Below the pieces are notes generated by a model. The model did not search any database. It was not told the origin of the DNA and saw only the letters and a list, made by a program, of their open reading frames with translations. Source: a virus. Taken from it: a DNA stretch of 64,000 nt. Of the stretch, positions 39,326 through 49,494 are shown piece after piece (position 1 is the first letter of the stretch; every line of letters starts with the position of its first letter). The translations under genes and the position numbers were made by a program. The DNA is taken from IMG/VR virus record IMGVR_UViG_3300009159_008491, positions 1-64,000 of that record. The stretch is one strand, 5' to 3'.

Positions 39326-40048
39326 TTATTTTTTTTTAGTTAAATTATTTATAACATTTATTATAAAACAAATTGTTATAATTATAAAACTAATAAAAAA
39401 AGATAATTTTTGCAACCCTAAAATTGATAAAAATATTAATATTGTAAAAGTTCCTGTTCCAAAATATTTTATTAATTCAATTGATTTGAAAATTTTTTTG
39501 TTTTCTATTTTGTAGAAGAAATAATAAAAAGAATAATAACAAATATTTTTAGAAAAAAAGTAATATCTATAAAACAATCCATTTTTTTGATTTTCTACTG
39601 ATTTACTTTTAAAAGAATTAGTTTTCTCAAAATTACTTACAGCATCAAGTGTTCCTATGTGTAGTAACATAGGAAATATGAATAGCAATATAGAGAAAAA
39701 AGCATAATAATCAGATTTTAAAAAAAATGTCAATAAGAATAGAAAGCCAACAATGTGATCTTTGTTCCAATCATATACTGCTCCAAAAAAAGAACATTCA
39801 TTATACTTTCTTGCAACTTGCCCATCAACACAATCTAAAACATAATAAATAAAATAAAAAATTACTGCAATTATTAAATGATTATATAAATAAAATACAG
39901 GTGATAAAAATGAAAAAAATAATGAAATTGTGGTTATGTTAGATGGCGATAAACCCATTTTATGTAATGGGTCTACAAGTATATTAGCTATTTTTCTAAA
40001 TATATATAAATCTAAAGGGTCTTCTAGGTTTTTGTTGTAACTTGGCAT
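39326..40048 (-). CDS. CDP-alcohol phosphotransferase (membrane protein)
   Basis: Signature D-x2-DG-x2-AR-x8-G-x3-D-x3-D (DCVDGQVARKYNECSFFGAVYDWNKD); several hydrophobic segments. Confidence 0.88.
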   Translation of the reverse strand: MPSYNKNLEDPLDLYIFRKIANILVDPLHKMGLSPSNITTISLFFSFLSPVFYLYNHLIIAVIFYFIYYVLDCVDGQVARKYNECSFFGAVYDWNKDHIVGFLFLLTFFLKSDYYAFFSILLFIFPMLLHIGTLDAVSNFEKTNSFKSKSVENQKNGLFYRYYFFSKNICYYSFYYFFYKIENKKIFKSIELIKYFGTGTFTILIFLSILGLQKLSFFISFIIITICFIINVINNLTKKK

Positions 40049-40758
40049 TATTTTTTTTCTATTAATACATTATAACGATATGGTGCTGAAAGATTCCAAT
40101 CAAAATTACAAATATCAATTTGATTAAATATTTTAATATCACAATTGTTATCTTTAGCAAAATTTTCAAATAAAGATTTTGGTAAATATAAATGTTTTAA
40201 ATCTTCTTTTATAATTTTATCACTTGATTGATGTGTTTCCTTTCTTAATTTTTTTGCAAGTTCTTCTTTTTCTTTATCTGAAATATCTATAATTAATATT
40301 TTGCCGCTCTTAGAAGTCTGATACATTTTTTTAAGTACCTCTAAAGCATATTCTTCATTTTCAAGATAAATAAAAGTTCCAACATTAAAAACAAAATCAT
40401 ATTTTTCATCTTCACAAACCCATTTCTCATTTTGAGCATCATCTACCCAAAAATTACCTTGTATATTATCTTTGCAGATTTTTATAAGTGACTCGGAATA
40501 ATCAAATCCGTTTAATAAAATATTTGGATAATTTTCATTTATAAATCTTATTGCAGCTCCTGCACCACAGCCAAGCTCCATAATAGAATCAATATTTTTT
40601 AAATAATCTTTAATAGGAAAAAAACTATTTGATAAAAAATTATCCCATTGTTTTTTTTCTAGGTGATCCCATCCATCTAACTGGTGAAGATCTTTGTTTT
40701 GAAAACCTTTTTTGTTCCAAACCTCTTTCCAATCATTTTTTTGTTTTACTACATCCAT
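40048..40758 (-). CDS. Class I SAM-dependent methyltransferase
   Basis: MELGCGAG, GFDYS, YDFVFNVGTFIYL. Confidence 0.85.
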   Translation of the reverse strand: MDVVKQKNDWKEVWNKKGFQNKDLHQLDGWDHLEKKQWDNFLSNSFFPIKDYLKNIDSIMELGCGAGAAIRFINENYPNILLNGFDYSESLIKICKDNIQGNFWVDDAQNEKWVCEDEKYDFVFNVGTFIYLENEEYALEVLKKMYQTSKSGKILIIDISDKEKEELAKKLRKETHQSSDKIIKEDLKHLYLPKSLFENFAKDNNCDIKIFNQIDICNFDWNLSAPYRYNVLIEKK

Positions 40759-41831
40759 TTAAATATGTTTTTCATTTTATTTACGTGACTATCAAAAAAT
40801 TCTACATTTCCATTAAAAATTTCTCTGCTTTTATAATTGAAATTAATAGATTTAAAATTATTTTCATTTAAAAAATAACTAGTTTGCTCTATTTTTAACG
40901 GCATATTGTTTTCCCATTCTTTACAAGAAATTGCACAAGAAGTTGTTGAGTTGTATAGATCGTATTGTGCCCTGCTATCTTCTAGAAAAAAAGTTCTTTC
41001 TTTATTAAATTGATCATAAATACTTTGGCCCATCCAATCATTTTGTTTATCTATTCCAAATTCTTCACAAAATGAAGGTATAAAATCTAAAATAGATATT
41101 AAGCCATGATTACTTTTTCTATTTTTTATATTGTCTTTAGATAATACCCAAGTTGTCCAAGCGTGAGGTGGCGAATTAAATTTATCAATTTTTTTAAAAT
41201 TTCCATGATCAGAAAAAAACCAAAAAACAGAATCTTCTTCTTCAAAATCCCAAGCATCAATTATTTTAAATATAGATTCATCAAGATGGGAAAAATTTTC
41301 TAAATCTGTATTTGTAGCCTCATGATGATGGTGATAAATTATAAAATGAAATTCATTTAATTCACTTTTATTTTTTTGTATTTTTTTAATATGATTAATT
41401 TCTCTTTCGGTCATTTTAAGAGATTCTTCTGAAAAATGACAAAGTAAATCTTGAGTTTTCTTATCAGTCCAAATTCCAGTTTTTTCTCCAGAGCCATCAA
41501 GTTCTATTCCGCTTGTTCTATCTAATTTAAATTTATTAAATATTACATTTTCAATCCAAACAGAGTTGTGTAAATAAATTTTCCACTTTTCTCTATCTAA
41601 TTTTTCAAATAATTGAATATCGCTTCTTTTTAAAACATCGGGTTCACTATTATAACCAAAACCATTATTGAAAACTTGTGATGGTAAATATCCAGTAAGT
41701 AATGAAAAGACAGAAGTAAAAGTAAAACTATTAGATATTTGATGATGAAAATCCAAACCTTTTTCCTTGCTAATATCTATTAATTTATCATAGAAAGGCA
41801 TGCTATCAAACAATACGCAATAAAATTTCAT
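40749..41831 (-). CDS. Alkaline-phosphatase/sulfatase-fold enzyme (Thr-nucleophile type)
   Basis: VLFDSM, TFTSVFSLLTG, FSDHG, SILDFIPS, WMGQS. Confidence 0.65.
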   Translation of the reverse strand: MKFYCVLFDSMPFYDKLIDISKEKGLDFHHQISNSFTFTSVFSLLTGYLPSQVFNNGFGYNSEPDVLKRSDIQLFEKLDREKWKIYLHNSVWIENVIFNKFKLDRTSGIELDGSGEKTGIWTDKKTQDLLCHFSEESLKMTEREINHIKKIQKNKSELNEFHFIIYHHHHEATNTDLENFSHLDESIFKIIDAWDFEEEDSVFWFFSDHGNFKKIDKFNSPPHAWTTWVLSKDNIKNRKSNHGLISILDFIPSFCEEFGIDKQNDWMGQSIYDQFNKERTFFLEDSRAQYDLYNSTTSCAISCKEWENNMPLKIEQTSYFLNENNFKSINFNYKSREIFNGNVEFFDSHVNKMKNIFKWM

Positions 41832-41895
41832 ATTTGATTAATATTATAATACTTTATAATAATAAGTAATTTTTAATCAAATGTAAATTTTTATT

Positions 41896-42624
41896 TTATA
41901 GTTTAACCCATTCTCTAGATGAGTCTACGCTATAAAATTTCCACAAAATATTATCTGCATATTCATTCCAATGTTCTTTACTTGATGGAGGAGGATAGTT
42001 AAATGATGCATTATCTATGTTTATAAAGTTACTTAAAGGAATATTTTGTTCCTCTGAATTAAGAAATTCATTTTTAACAAAAATTAAATTTTGTTGATTA
42101 GATCTAAAAACCAAACTATATCCTTTTTCTTTACCTAAATTATAAAGAGCAGCTAAAGAAGCACCAAAATAATCTGTACTGGTGTTGCTTTTATCTGGAA
42201 CAACTAATGGAATTGTTGGATCTAATGATGAATTAAATTCTATAATTACAACTCTAGGGTTGTAATTACAACTTTTCCAACACCAATAATCATGAGAATC
42301 AATATCTATACTCAATAAATCAAATTCATTTGGAACATTGTTTTGAGAAAATAAATCATTTATGTTTTCAGAAGTGACAGTACCCTGTATAATTCCATTT
42401 TGACATTTTGAACTATCAGATTCTAAGAGTAAACCACTCCAATCGTGATTTAATTTTAAATTTGCTGTGTTGGATAAATGTACTCCATCCCACGCACCAA
42501 ATTCAACAAAATATTTATTTATAGTACCTATTTTATTGAAAATTTCTAACAATATTCCATCTTCTCCATTTTGAGAATATACCTTTTTTTGAAAACTTTT
42601 TAAGTTACTAATAAACTTTTCCAT
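41896..42624 (-). CDS. FkbM-like methyltransferase
   Basis: YSQNGEDGI, FVEFGAWDG..SNT, LLSIDIDSHDY, PRVVIIEFN. Confidence 0.8.
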   Translation of the reverse strand: MEKFISNLKSFQKKVYSQNGEDGILLEIFNKIGTINKYFVEFGAWDGVHLSNTANLKLNHDWSGLLLESDSSKCQNGIIQGTVTSENINDLFSQNNVPNEFDLLSIDIDSHDYWCWKSCNYNPRVVIIEFNSSLDPTIPLVVPDKSNTSTDYFGASLAALYNLGKEKGYSLVFRSNQQNLIFVKNEFLNSEEQNIPLSNFINIDNASFNYPPPSSKEHWNEYADNILWKFYSVDSSREWVKL

Positions 42625-43597
42625 GCTCTATACTATTTATATCTTTTATATTAATAAATTTTTCCGAATCAAATTTTTCAAATCTTGCAAAATTTATACA
42701 CGGAGTATAGATAATTATTCCTTTATTAAAATAACAAGCTAGAGTTGAAAATGTACTTTGTCCTGTTACTAAATAGGAAGAAGAAACTAAATGATGAAAA
42801 ATTTCAGTATCTAAACCGCCAGAAATAATATTTATTTTACCTTCAAATTTATTATTTAAAATAGTATTGTTTTTTTCATTTGGATTCATACTAAATTTAT
42901 GAAAATTACTATCTAAATTTAATATTTCTTGAAAATCTAAAAATTCTTCTTTTTCTCCTTCTGTAAAAATAAAAAAATTAGCATTTGGTATTTTTTCTTT
43001 TAGTATTTTTATTAATTCAATATAATGATTATCGTTTTTCCATCGATCTGGATGAGCTAAAATTTTTACATCACCTCTTCTCATGTGAATTGCCACATTT
43101 ATCTCTCCAGCATTATAAATTGTATTTGATAAATTATTTTTTTTCCAATATGCTCTTTGAAATTTTTCTATAATCCATTCAGAATCATCAATCATCTTCC
43201 CCGGAAAATGTATTCCGGCTTCTGTACCAAGTTCAAACAATGTGTTATAATTATAGTCAACATATTTTTTTATGTAATTTGTCATATAATCATAATCTGG
43301 ATTATGAAATCTTTCTAATTCTGATAAATTTGAACTTAAATTTAGATGTACAGAAGGAATTGAAATTTTTCTATTAAATTCTATATCATCAATTGATTTA
43401 AATTCAGATCTTAAATTTAATAATCTATTGAATCTTGAACTTGAATTTGTTAAATCAGAATGAATAAATTCAAAATCTAATTTTTTTGACAATAATAATC
43501 CGGTTATGTAGTTGTACATACAGTGACCTAGTGATCCTCTAAAATGGTTTGTACTACTATGATCATTAAGAAGATTTGATTTTAAAAAATTTTTCAT
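42608..43597 (-). CDS. Fucosyltransferase-like GT-B (GT11/GT23-type)
   Basis: GSLGH, VAIHMRRGD, STFS. Confidence 0.7.
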   Translation of the reverse strand: MKNFLKSNLLNDHSSTNHFRGSLGHCMYNYITGLLLSKKLDFEFIHSDLTNSSSRFNRLLNLRSEFKSIDDIEFNRKISIPSVHLNLSSNLSELERFHNPDYDYMTNYIKKYVDYNYNTLFELGTEAGIHFPGKMIDDSEWIIEKFQRAYWKKNNLSNTIYNAGEINVAIHMRRGDVKILAHPDRWKNDNHYIELIKILKEKIPNANFFIFTEGEKEEFLDFQEILNLDSNFHKFSMNPNEKNNTILNNKFEGKINIISGGLDTEIFHHLVSSSYLVTGQSTFSTLACYFNKGIIIYTPCINFARFEKFDSEKFINIKDINSIEHGKVY

Positions 43598-43603
43598 AAA
43601 TTA

Positions 43604-44158
43604 TTATTTTTTTTTATGATACCATACTCCACCATCATGTAAATCATAATCAGAAAACACTTCATTAACAGCTTTTACAACCCCCATTCCGTTTTGATCA
43701 TATCTAAAATCATGACCAGAAATTATACCACCTTTTCTTATTTTTGGCAACCAATTTTGAATGTCTTTTAAAACTGATTCATAGGAATGATCAGCATCTA
43801 TAAAAACAAAATCTACAGATTCATCTTCAAATTGACTGGCAGCTTCCCAAGAAATAGATTTAATATCGATAATCATATCTCTTACGTTTTTATTTTTGAG
43901 ATTTGTATTATAGATTTCATTTATATGTTTTACTTCATCTAATACATTTTTATTTTTATTCCAATCTTCAAAAATATCAACTGCGTAAATTTTTACATTA
44001 GGTTTATTTCTCAAATTATTTGCTAGATAAGAAATTGAATGTCCTTTCCAAACTCCTAATTCTACAAATGTATTAAAATCTTCATGAGATGATATCATAT
44101 TGTAGAAAGATTGATAATTAAACCAATTGTTTGTTTCTAATAAATTGTTTATATTCAT
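43604..44158 (-). CDS. SAM methyltransferase (Methyltransf_24)
   Basis: VELGVWKG.S, DFVFIDADHSYE, GGIISGHD. Confidence 0.9.
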   Translation of the reverse strand: MNINNLLETNNWFNYQSFYNMISSHEDFNTFVELGVWKGHSISYLANNLRNKPNVKIYAVDIFEDWNKNKNVLDEVKHINEIYNTNLKNKNVRDMIIDIKSISWEAASQFEDESVDFVFIDADHSYESVLKDIQNWLPKIRKGGIISGHDFRYDQNGMGVVKAVNEVFSDYDLHDGGVWYHKKK

Positions 44159-44160
44159 AA

Positions 44161-44748
44161 TTAATTAATTTTAAAATTAAATATTTTTAAGTCTTTTTTA
44201 TATATTTGATGTACTTTTTCTAATAAATCTTCATTATAATATTCTTTATAATCTTTATGATTGCTTTGGTTTATTTTTTTCAATTCTATGTTAAATAAAC
44301 TTTTTAATTCTTCATTTATGTTTTCATAATTTATTAAATGATCAACAATAATTTCTTTTTTTGAGTTTATGACATATGGATATTGAGAATCCCATCCCTG
44401 ATGTTTGAACAAACTTCTGTCTTCATATAATAAATTTACACAACCAGCAAAATCAATATTCTTTAGTAAGTTATAATCTGGGTGTGGACCATAAAGTGTT
44501 TTGTTTGTGAAAGAATGCCAATAACTTTCATCTAATTTTGAATATTCATAATTAGATACAGTTCTATCCAAAGGATTTCTGATAACTGCAATTTTTTTGT
44601 AGTTTTCCCATTCGTTTGGATATTTATTTTGATAATAATCAAATTTATGATGTCCTTCATCATCCATTTCCAACGCTTCAACTATTGATGTACCTGCGTT
44701 TTTGGGAATGTGAATAAATATAACTTTATATTTGTGTGATATTGGCAT
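44161..44748 (-). CDS. Sulfotransferase (family 2)
   Basis: 5'-PSB FIHIPKNAGTSI and 3'-PB IRNPLDRTVSNY. Confidence 0.88.
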   Translation of the reverse strand: MPISHKYKVIFIHIPKNAGTSIVEALEMDDEGHHKFDYYQNKYPNEWENYKKIAVIRNPLDRTVSNYEYSKLDESYWHSFTNKTLYGPHPDYNLLKNIDFAGCVNLLYEDRSLFKHQGWDSQYPYVINSKKEIIVDHLINYENINEELKSLFNIELKKINQSNHKDYKEYYNEDLLEKVHQIYKKDLKIFNFKIN

Positions 44749-44749
44749 T

Positions 44750-45160
44750 TTAAATCATTTTTTTATCTAGTTCAATACCTAAATACGGTCCTGTTTTATA
44801 TTCATATACAATTGTATTAGGCTCTAATATTTCATAATTATGACCACCTTCAAGGGTAAAAGAAGCATCTCCACTATATAAAATTTTTTCTTCTATAATT
44901 GTATCATCAATATCATAAAAAATACATTTTACAGATCCTTCTATAACAAGCCAACTTTCCTGTGGAATATATTTTTCATTATGCACTTCTCTGTGAAAAT
45001 GTTTGTGTGGTTTAAATGTTTTTCCTTTTTGCAAATTCATAGTTGAACATTGTAAAAATTCTGTATCGCTAATTAAATTATTTCTTTCAGAAACTATATC
45101 TTCTTTTCTGTTTATGAAATGTAATAATTTGCTGTTTATTTTAGAATATATTTTTTCCAT
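44750..45160 (-). CDS. WbuC-like cupin
   Basis: PHKH..QE.W.VIEG..GGHNYE..EYKTGPY. Confidence 0.75.
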   Translation of the reverse strand: MEKIYSKINSKLLHFINRKEDIVSERNNLISDTEFLQCSTMNLQKGKTFKPHKHFHREVHNEKYIPQESWLVIEGSVKCIFYDIDDTIIEEKILYSGDASFTLEGGHNYEILEPNTIVYEYKTGPYLGIELDKKMI

Positions 45161-45161
45161 T

Positions 45162-45869
45162 TTATAAATAATTTTTTATTGAATCATAACTAGCTTGTGA
45201 ATTATGTATGTCAGAATAGCCACCTTCTTGATATGCTAGGAATGGCATCGCTATAAATGATTTAATTGATTCTTGAATTGTTACATAACAGGAATCAACT
45301 GGTTTAGTAAACATATTTGTCTCTAATAGTTTTATTAAAAATTTATAAGCCGATGAATTTACTGCATAAGAATGTGTGGTATGTGTACTTATTAACTCTG
45401 AATAATAATTAAATTTTTTTCCTTCTTTTACCAAAGAACCACTTAAATAAAACATATCCCATTCTGTAGGAAAATTTTTAGATAAATTTTCTAATTTTTG
45501 TTCAAAATCATCAGAAAAAGCCACATCATCTTCTAATACAAGAATGGAACTATAATTATTTTTTTGTGCTAATTTTAATGTTTCTAAATGAGAAATTAAA
45601 CATCCAACTTGTCCTTTGAAATATCTATCGTGATAATTCTCAATTCCAAAAAAATTTCCCGGTTCATGTTTATAAAATTCATTTTTAATAAATGAAACTT
45701 TTTTATTTTCATAAGTAAAATTCTCATCTATTAAAGAATAACCATCACAAGCTTTTATTCTTTCAAAAGAAAAATTATATTTTTCAGAAATTTTTAGAAA
45801 TTTATCGTATCTATCTTTTCTTTTGTCTAAGTTTATTAGATAAATTTTTTCAAAAAGATTATTTAACAT
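45162..45869 (-). CDS. GT25 glycosyltransferase
   Basis: YLINLDKRKDR, GCLISH, LVLEDD, WDMFYL. Confidence 0.88.
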   Translation of the reverse strand: MLNNLFEKIYLINLDKRKDRYDKFLKISEKYNFSFERIKACDGYSLIDENFTYENKKVSFIKNEFYKHEPGNFFGIENYHDRYFKGQVGCLISHLETLKLAQKNNYSSILVLEDDVAFSDDFEQKLENLSKNFPTEWDMFYLSGSLVKEGKKFNYYSELISTHTTHSYAVNSSAYKFLIKLLETNMFTKPVDSCYVTIQESIKSFIAMPFLAYQEGGYSDIHNSQASYDSIKNYL

Positions 45870-45912
45870 TTTTTAAAATTAATTTTGTTTAATCAAAAAG
45901 GAATAATAAAAA

Positions 45913-46623
45913 TTATTTAGAATATTTTATTAACTCATTTACTTCCTTAAAATATTTTTCATAAGGTCTTAGAAGATGAGAATCTATATAGTGTCCTTTC
46001 TTTAATAGTTCTATATCATAAGTCCATTTACTCCTATCAATTCTTTTTGAAAAATCTCTATCTTTTTTTACTATTAATTTATCTTTGTGATTTTCGAGTT
46101 TATCAAACATGAAGTTTTCATCTGAATTCCATGCTAAACCATATTTTTCATTTAATAGATTACAATAACTTTCAAAATTTAAATCTTGAAGATCTAAGAG
46201 TTTTATATAAGTTTGAGATTTTGATAATACATAACACATAGGATAAAATTTATTTTTATCATATGGCTGTCCGGAATAAAGTATCATATTATCACTAGTT
46301 AATTCATCATTATATTGATTAAAATATTCTCCATTTAATGGTAACATATCAATGTCAGACATTAACAAATTACCATCAATAAATTTTGAAGTGAATAATC
46401 TAACTATTTGTGATTGAAATCCAGTTGGAAAATTTTCTAATGCTTTTATGTTGTGTACAATACCCCATTTATTTTCATATATTGAGTTTTCATCTGTAAT
46501 GTTTACATAATAAGTTTTAAATCCAAGATCAAGCCATTTTTTTGCAACTATTGGATAAAAATCTTTATAAAGTGAATTATCATCAGATGATATTACTACA
46601 TAATCTATCTTTGTATTATTCAT
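45913..46623 (-). CDS. Putative GT-A glycosyltransferase
   Basis: Q.VRLF, MSDIDMLP (DxD); cluster context. Confidence 0.5.
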   Translation of the reverse strand: MNNTKIDYVVISSDDNSLYKDFYPIVAKKWLDLGFKTYYVNITDENSIYENKWGIVHNIKALENFPTGFQSQIVRLFTSKFIDGNLLMSDIDMLPLNGEYFNQYNDELTSDNMILYSGQPYDKNKFYPMCYVLSKSQTYIKLLDLQDLNFESYCNLLNEKYGLAWNSDENFMFDKLENHKDKLIVKKDRDFSKRIDRSKWTYDIELLKKGHYIDSHLLRPYEKYFKEVNELIKYSK

Positions 46624-46636
46624 ATTATTAAAATGA

Positions 46637-47503
46637 TCAAATCATTTTTTGATCTTTAAGTATTTTTTCAAATTTTTGTTCTATAGTATACCATTTTGAA
46701 TCCACTTCAACAGCATCTAACCATTTGTTATGCCAGTGCCAACAAAATGATCCTTCATAAAGATCAAAATCATATTTTTTCATAGGATTCCATAAACCCA
46801 TTAATGGATCTTGCCATTCACTATTAAAAAAACCACTTGGGAAAATTGTCCAATCTTTATTATAGTTTCTAACTTTTTGATATAAATCTGTTGACCAATT
46901 TGTAGTATTTGGTTTTATAGCACCGTTATTTATTTCACTCATTAAATCATTGGAAAGTTTACTGTTTGCAAACAATCTCATTACAGCTCCATTTATCATT
47001 TTCTTTTCAAGTCCCCATTTATACATAAATTCTTGATCTAAAATTGGAGAAAATGATCTTAAAAAAGCTACATCTACATCAGTATATAAACCACCATATT
47101 TGTGTAGAATTAAAATTCTAAATAAATCTCCTTTTGCCCAATTCTTTTCATCTTGTGCTTCGATTATATCTTTTCTACCCTCTAAAACTGTACCTTTTAT
47201 TTCTTCTGCAGGATTATAAATTCTTAAATTTATAAAAGGTAAATAAGGCTTTAAAAATTCATTATTTTTTAAATCTACATTACACCATAAGTTAAATCTT
47301 GTATTTTCTAAATCTTGTGTACACAAATAAGATTTTATTCCTAATAATTGTTTTCTTTCAAAAGGTAATCCAACATTCCAAAAAACATGGAAATCAACTA
47401 TTTCTTTTAATTTATTATTATCTTCTATTGTTTTACAAAAATTTAGACATTCATCTAAGTCGTAATACAATATTTTGTTTTCATCTTCAGTTATTTTAAC
47501 CAT
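46637..47503 (-). CDS. GT32 glycosyltransferase
   Basis: DLFRILILHKYGGLYTDVD; WHWHN. Confidence 0.85.
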   Translation of the reverse strand: MVKITEDENKILYYDLDECLNFCKTIEDNNKLKEIVDFHVFWNVGLPFERKQLLGIKSYLCTQDLENTRFNLWCNVDLKNNEFLKPYLPFINLRIYNPAEEIKGTVLEGRKDIIEAQDEKNWAKGDLFRILILHKYGGLYTDVDVAFLRSFSPILDQEFMYKWGLEKKMINGAVMRLFANSKLSNDLMSEINNGAIKPNTTNWSTDLYQKVRNYNKDWTIFPSGFFNSEWQDPLMGLWNPMKKYDFDLYEGSFCWHWHNKWLDAVEVDSKWYTIEQKFEKILKDQKMI

Positions 47504-48182
47504 TGTTCAAATATTTTTTTATTAATTTTTGAATATATCCTTTTTTTTCTATTTTTTTTAATTTTAAAAATAGGTTTATTTCAGGATTGTTTTCAAATAT
47601 AGTTGAAATTTCTGTATTAATCAATAAATTATAATTTAAATTTTTATTTAAATTGTTTGCCATTAAAGTAGCTAGGTTTAACACACTAATTTTTTCTACT
47701 GAAGAAAAGTTTAAGGTTCCAGAAATATTATTTTCTAAAGCATAAAAAACAAAATCCCTTACATCGTCAATATCAATTAAGGATCTTTCAGAATCTTTTA
47801 TTATTGAAATAATTTCATCTTTAGAAATTTTATCTTTAAAAAAATTAAAAATATTATTTGAATTACCGCCAGTCCCAACTAGTTGTGGTAATCTTAATAT
47901 TAAAAAATCATGAGATTTCTTTTTAATTATGTTTTCAATATTTGTTTTATGTTCATAATAGGGACTTTTTCTATTTATGAAAATACTACTAAAATAGACT
48001 AATTTTAAATTTTTATTCTCAGATAATACTTGATTAATTAAATCTACTTCCTTAGAAAAATTATTTAAATCACTTTCACTTGAATTGGAAACTCCCGATG
48101 CAAAAATTATACAATTAAATTTTTTGTCTATTTTATGTTCCAAAAAAGATTTAGCCAATAATCCATTTCCTATTATCTTCAT
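47496..48182 (-). CDS. Short NAD-dependent epimerase/reductase (SDR)
   Basis: IIGNGLLA, FASGVSNS, VYFSS, YxxxK (YYEHK), RSLIDIDD. Confidence 0.8.
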   Translation of the reverse strand: MKIIGNGLLAKSFLEHKIDKKFNCIIFASGVSNSSESDLNNFSKEVDLINQVLSENKNLKLVYFSSIFINRKSPYYEHKTNIENIIKKKSHDFLILRLPQLVGTGGNSNNIFNFFKDKISKDEIISIIKDSERSLIDIDDVRDFVFYALENNISGTLNFSSVEKISVLNLATLMANNLNKNLNYNLLINTEISTIFENNPEINLFLKLKKIEKKGYIQKLIKKYLNNG

Positions 48183-48814
48183 TTATAAAATTCTTTTTTT
48201 AGCACAAATAAACTATCCCAATAATTTCTTCCTAATCCCATTGGAAAACCTTCGTGATCAGTTATTTCATGTTGTTTTATTTCGCAATAATTTAACATTT
48301 TTTCAAAAATTCTCTCATAATACAAATGATTATCCGGATAGTTTGGATTCATAAATCTAAAATCATGAAATTCGACAGAATATTGTTTTGAAATAGTCCA
48401 ATCAATATTTTCTAAAATTTTATATTCACCACCTTCTATGTCAAATTTTATAAGTTCAAATTGTTTTATATTATATTTATTCATAACATCTTTTATGGTT
48501 AACATAGGAACTTCAATTTTACCAATTAATTGACACCAATCTTTTTCTGGATTTAATAATGAGCACCCTTGATTGTCACTATAAATAAAAAATTCAGTCA
48601 TTTCATTGTTTGAGTCATGTGAAATAGCTGCTCTTTCATATAATATTCCTTCTGGAGCTTTTTTGATTTTAGGATTAGGGTCAACACAAATAATGTTATC
48701 ACATAATTCTTTCATTTTAAGTGTAAATCCAAAATTTACACAACCCAAATCTAATACATATCCATTTCTATCAATAGTAGTTTCTTCTATTGTGTGTTCA
48801 GCAAGTGTAATCAT
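48179..48814 (-). CDS. FkbM methyltransferase
   Basis: VLDLGC, VDPNP, IKFDIEGGEY, SVEFHDF. Confidence 0.85.
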   Translation of the reverse strand: MITLAEHTIEETTIDRNGYVLDLGCVNFGFTLKMKELCDNIICVDPNPKIKKAPEGILYERAAISHDSNNEMTEFFIYSDNQGCSLLNPEKDWCQLIGKIEVPMLTIKDVMNKYNIKQFELIKFDIEGGEYKILENIDWTISKQYSVEFHDFRFMNPNYPDNHLYYERIFEKMLNYCEIKQHEITDHEGFPMGLGRNYWDSLFVLKKEFYK

Positions 48815-49494
48815 TTTAATGTTTTTAGATATTGTTTTAAATTTTCTATATGTTCAATAACTGTTTCATCATTCTCGTTAAATACCTGACCTACAAATTC
48901 AAAATCATTACGATCTGATGGGAATGGATAGTTGTTAGGGAAATCAAAAAAATCATCATGACAAATCATACTATCCATGTATGCTTTATGTATTTTAATT
49001 AAAAATCTTTGATCATCTCCATAATTAAAAAGATTCTTATCTTTTAAATATGTATTGATCATTTCAGACATATTAAATTTATGATCATTTTTCATTCCCC
49101 AAGTACCGCCTAAAATCAATACTCCATGTTGTGGATGATCTCTCATAATGTGAAGATTTTTATCACTCTCAATCCATTGATCTACGGCTTCTTTTTCTCT
49201 TGTGTTTAATCTAGAGTCTGTATCTCTAACAATAAATCTTTCTACTTCTTTATCGTCATAAACCATAAAACGCCAAAACATTCCAAATCCATTAAGGTTG
49301 GTATTTGACATATCAACTAATTCAGCATTAAATTTTTTTAATTCATTGATATAATAACTTGGAACTGTATAGTTATAATAAACTCTACAAATCCAATCTG
49401 GATATATTTCTGGTTGTAACAATATATTTTTTATTGCTCCAACGCAATATTTTGGGTTGTCTCCGTATAAGCTAAAAGCGATTATTTTTTTCAT
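48811..49494 (-). CDS. Putative GT-A glycosyltransferase
   Basis: IAFSLYG, MFWRF, IVRDTDSR, MRDHP.H..ILGG.WG, DQ.FL. Confidence 0.55.
   Translation of the reverse strand: MKKIIAFSLYGDNPKYCVGAIKNILLQPEIYPDWICRVYYNYTVPSYYINELKKFNAELVDMSNTNLNGFGMFWRFMVYDDKEVERFIVRDTDSRLNTREKEAVDQWIESDKNLHIMRDHPQHGVLILGGTWGMKNDHKFNMSEMINTYLKDKNLFNYGDDQRFLIKIHKAYMDSMICHDDFFDFPNNYPFPSDRNDFEFVGQVFNENDETVIEHIENLKQYLKTLK

Noticed and set aside
40749-41831. Formylglycine sulfatase partnering the sulfotransferase
   Set aside because: Lacks C/S-x-P-x-R; has a Thr-type motif instead
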